A stretch of 64,000 bases of DNA, from contig NEEC01000020.1 of NCBI GenBank assembly GCA_002189035.1, forward strand, positions 372,001-436,000, in the 5' to 3' direction. The position numbers and the translations under genes are program-made. Under the pieces are notes generated by a model, which saw only the letters and a program-made list of their open reading frames with translations, was not told where the DNA came from and did no database searches. Below are positions 60,657-64,000 of the stretch, one piece after another. This stretch comes from Utricularia gibba. Lineage: Eukaryota; Plantae; Magnoliophyta. Position 1 is the first letter of the stretch. Each line of letters starts with the position of its first letter.

Positions 60657-61804
60657 ATGGTTTCCGCTTCCTTTCTCATCATTGTCACACTAATAATGTC
60701 TGCAGTTGACAGCTTAGCGATTGGACTAAGCTTCGAGTATTATGCAGTATCGTGTCCCATTGCAGAGCTGGTTGTTAAGAATACTGTGATCACAGCCCTG
60801 CACAGAGATCCCACCTTGGCTGCTGGACTCCTTAGGATGCACTTTCATGATTGCTTCGTTGAGGTAGATCAGTGAACAGGCTCCCCCTCCATATCTATAT
60901 ATATGATCATGACTGCTGTTTGATGATTCAATCAGGGATGTGATGGATCAGTGCTCATTGATTCTACAAAGGATAACATGGCAGAGAAAAACTCACCTGC
61001 CAATTTGAGCCTTCGTGGCTTTGAAATAGTTGACATCGCCAAAGATTTGTTAGAGAAGCAGTGCCCCGGAGTCGTTTCTTGTGCTGATATTCTAGCCATG
61101 GCTGCCAGAGATGCTGTCTTTTTCGTAAATCCCTGGCCTTTCCCTATGCACCTGCTTTCAAGTAATTCAAGCTACAATTGTAAAACACTAATGGTTGCAG
61201 GCTGGAGGCCCTGTGTATGACATCCCGAAAGGAAGGAAAGATGGAAGACGGTCCAGAGTCGAAGATACCATCCAGCTCCCACCTCCCACATTCAACGCCA
61301 CAGAGCTCATCTCCACTTTTGCTAAACGCGGCTTCACATCTCAGGAAATGGTGGCCCTCTCTGGTAAGAACAGAACAAGTTCATTCAACTGTGGATCAAA
61401 TCCTGATGATGCATCCATCCCATCCAGGGGCACACACGCTAGGAGCCGCAAGATGCTCTTCGTTCAAGATGCGGCTCTCCGACGACAGAAATCTCGACAT
61501 GCTATTTGCAGGAGAACTCAGAAAGACATGTGATGCAGGAGACAATGCCGAGCAGCAACTGGATTCCACCAGGAACATCTTCGACAATGACTATTACAAC
61601 ATGCTGAGGATGAATTCAGGGGTCCTGCTCTCAGATCAAACTCTGTTTTCAAGTCCTATAACTCGAGGCGTCGTCGATGCGTATGCCGCGAACGAGGCAG
61701 CCTTCTTCTTCAACTTCCAGAGGGCCATGATCAAGCTCGGGGTTCTGGATGTTAAGGTTGAATCGCAGGGAGAAGTTAGGAGCAACTGTAGGTGCATCAA
61801 CTGA
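60657..61804 (+). CDS. PRX: Class III secretory peroxidase (PER47-like); three introns
   Basis: Signal peptide; SCP; [12 protein letters not shown]|GCDGSVL; [15 protein letters not shown]; GRKDG; MVALSG|AHTLG; FDNDYY; SDQTLF; MIKLG; VRSNCRCIN*. Confidence 0.96.
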
Positions 61805-62474
61805 GCCTTCCTTCCTCAGGCAGTGTCATCAAGGGCAAAATGGGGAATACCTTATCTTGCCTTGCTCCCTTTCAACTGCCCTTAACGACTTTATTATTAA
61901 ATTAATTTAAATCCAAAAAAATAACATAATAATATGAAGTTAATATGACTCATTAAAAAAATAAACAATTAAATCATGATTTTATTGAATCATTTATGTA
62001 AATGATTAATTTTTTTAATTATAGTATGTAAATGATGAGAATATTTGGATTGAAAATTATTATTATAGATTATAAAGTGTTTATTGAATCCAAAATTATA
62101 TGAATTTATTTAAAATTAACTATTCATTTACTTTACTTAATATTATTTAACTTTAATTTTATTGTTACTGATTAAATATTATTCAAAAAAATTAATATAT
62201 TTATATTACATTTATTTAAATTCAAGTAAGTTAAAATTTTTTTAGAGCCATTATGTCATTTAAAATATTTAAAATTCAGGTATTTAGAAAATATTGGGAA
62301 GTATTTCAAATCCCTAATTTGCAAAATGGGGTGCTTAAATAATTTTTCTTTTACCATCTTCCTCCTCCGGTGCAGGTGTCTGAGTTGCTTGGGGATCTAC
62401 CTGTAGGATTGAGATCAAGATCGGGATTCAGCACGGCGTCTTTGGTTTGAGAAAAAGATCTTGTGACCCGAGAA

Positions 62475-63760
62475 ATGGAGAGAATGAACCAGGCGTTTGA
62501 GAAGATGAAAATGCTGGTGGGTATGGACGTTGAGGAAGAACAGCCCCAACCTGAACCCTCCTTCCTGGATGAGATGAATCGCTCCTGCACTTTGTCGACT
62601 ACGCAGGTACTTAAGCCATCTACTCGGCTACGCGATGATTGAAGAATTGGATCTCATTTTGACTTTTTCAAGTTTGATTCTTGCGGCTTTATTGTGGCTT
62701 ATTGGTAAGGGTGAGGCAAAACCCTTCTTTTATTTTATCGTTGTTGTCGAGGTGTTACTCTTTTTCCTAATGATCTGACAGAGGCTTTATGGGTTTGCGA
62801 TTTGCTTAGCGGCTGGTATAACTTGCACTTTCTTGGTAAGTAAATTTCAGCGGACCCTGAGACAAGGGCCTCTTTTTGATTGATTATGCAGAGAGCATGA
62901 TGATGAACTCCTGAAAAAATGTGCATTTAGCATCCGGTTTACCTAATGTGTTTCTTTGTTTTGCTGGAAGTCGATGCTGGTTTTCTTGAATCCAATCAAA
63001 TTTGGGATAACTTTCTCACTTGGAAATCTGCTTGCTCTGGGAAGGTTCGTATTCTGGAGTGGATAATGTAATGTATAGTTTTTCTTAACTGCATGTCATG
63101 CTTGTCTGCATTTCGAGTTAAATCACATCATCAATGCTGTCTAAGCGTCTTGTTCCATGTGAGTTAGTATGTTTCTTTGCAAAACATCAGTTCCACCAGG
63201 GAAAAGAAAAGTGTGTGGAGTGTAGAGGAGAACAAAGTTATTGCCATGAATCAGAAATTATATGCCTTTACATTGTCATTTGTCCGTTGTTTGTAATCTG
63301 TGTTGTGCACGTGAACTCGAACTCTTCATTGCTAATCACATTGTGCTTGTGGCAGCACAGCATTTCTGATAGGGCCCAAAAGACAGTTCACCATGATGCT
63401 TGACCCGATACGGATATATGCCACTGCAATATTTATTTCTAGCATCATACTTGCACTTTTTTGTGCAGTATACGTGAGTTTCTTCTGAAAGTTCTCATCT
63501 TCTTCTTCCCTGATACCCATCATCCAATTTCCTCATTTTCGGAACCAGGTCCATAACAAGCTCTTGACACTTCTCGCTATCTTGATGGAGTTTGGTGCTC
63601 TTATCTGGTATCTCTTTTTCGTATTTACAAAGTTCACCCTTGCCTGCTTCATCTCTGTCATTTTCTTCTTTCCATGTACAGGTACAGCTTAAGCTACATT
63701 CCATTTGCAAGGTCATTGGTTTCGAAAATCTTGTTCAAGTGCTTCGATTCCGAGTTCTAA
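62475..63760 (+). CDS. SFT2: Got1/Sft2-like vesicle transport protein; spliced
   Basis: MERMNQAFEKMKMLVGMDVEEE..CTLSTTQ|RLYGFAICL / KFGITFSLGNLL / STAFLIGPKRQFTMMLDP.RIYAT / VHNKLLTL / YSLSYIPFAR..CFDSEF*. Confidence 0.93.
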
Positions 63761-64000
63761 AGTGATGTTCTTGAAAAATTATCTTTTCTGAGTTTGTAAT
63801 GATATCTCTTCATGGAGGCATCCTAACTCTTCATTTCAGTTTTGAATAGTCTCACCTTATCAGTCGGACTCGAGTGTCACACCTCCGGTTTTTGAAGATT
63901 TCAAGGAATGATTTTGTTAGAAATGAGAATGAATAGATATAGAGGATAGCAGAAGATAGCTTTGAAATAAATTCAGAGGTTAAGTACGGTTTAGATTCCT

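Overview
This is eukaryotic land-plant nuclear DNA from a very compact genome. I can support 24 protein-coding genes in 64 kb; most are spliced, with many 60-100 nt introns, and are separated by AT-rich spacers. In order: EXO70B, U2B'', AGT2, RDM4/IWR1, CIPK, RPS26, ATL RING-H2, WW-DEAD-box helicase (RH14/40/46 type), reticulon, YCF54, a conserved unknown protein, MLO, ATG10, PSAL, METTL23-like, PRCC-like, RIN4/NOI-like, cyclin C, PMEI-PME, GH9B, ERF-VII, soluble PPase, class III peroxidase and SFT2/GOT1. Features not visible in the ORF track: (1) a complete U2 snRNA gene with USE, TATA and 3' box, squeezed between the start codons of METTL23-like and PRCC-like; (2) a decayed YLMG1 pseudogene; (3) a decayed BCS1-like AAA-ATPase pseudogene; (4) a perfect 69-bp x 9.3 minisatellite; (5) a candidate poison exon in the helicase; (6) a GC hairpin island; (7) an unresolved spliced minus-strand unit at about 40.8-42.1 kb. 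Four otherwise intact genes or domains are each broken by a single missing base in a short G or C run, which most likely reflects long-read assembly error. There is no CRISPR array, rRNA, tRNA or intact transposon. I found no clearly new biological system; the U2 micro-locus and the poison-exon candidate are the most testable leads. For spliced genes the coordinates span start to stop including introns, and exon boundaries were inferred by eye.
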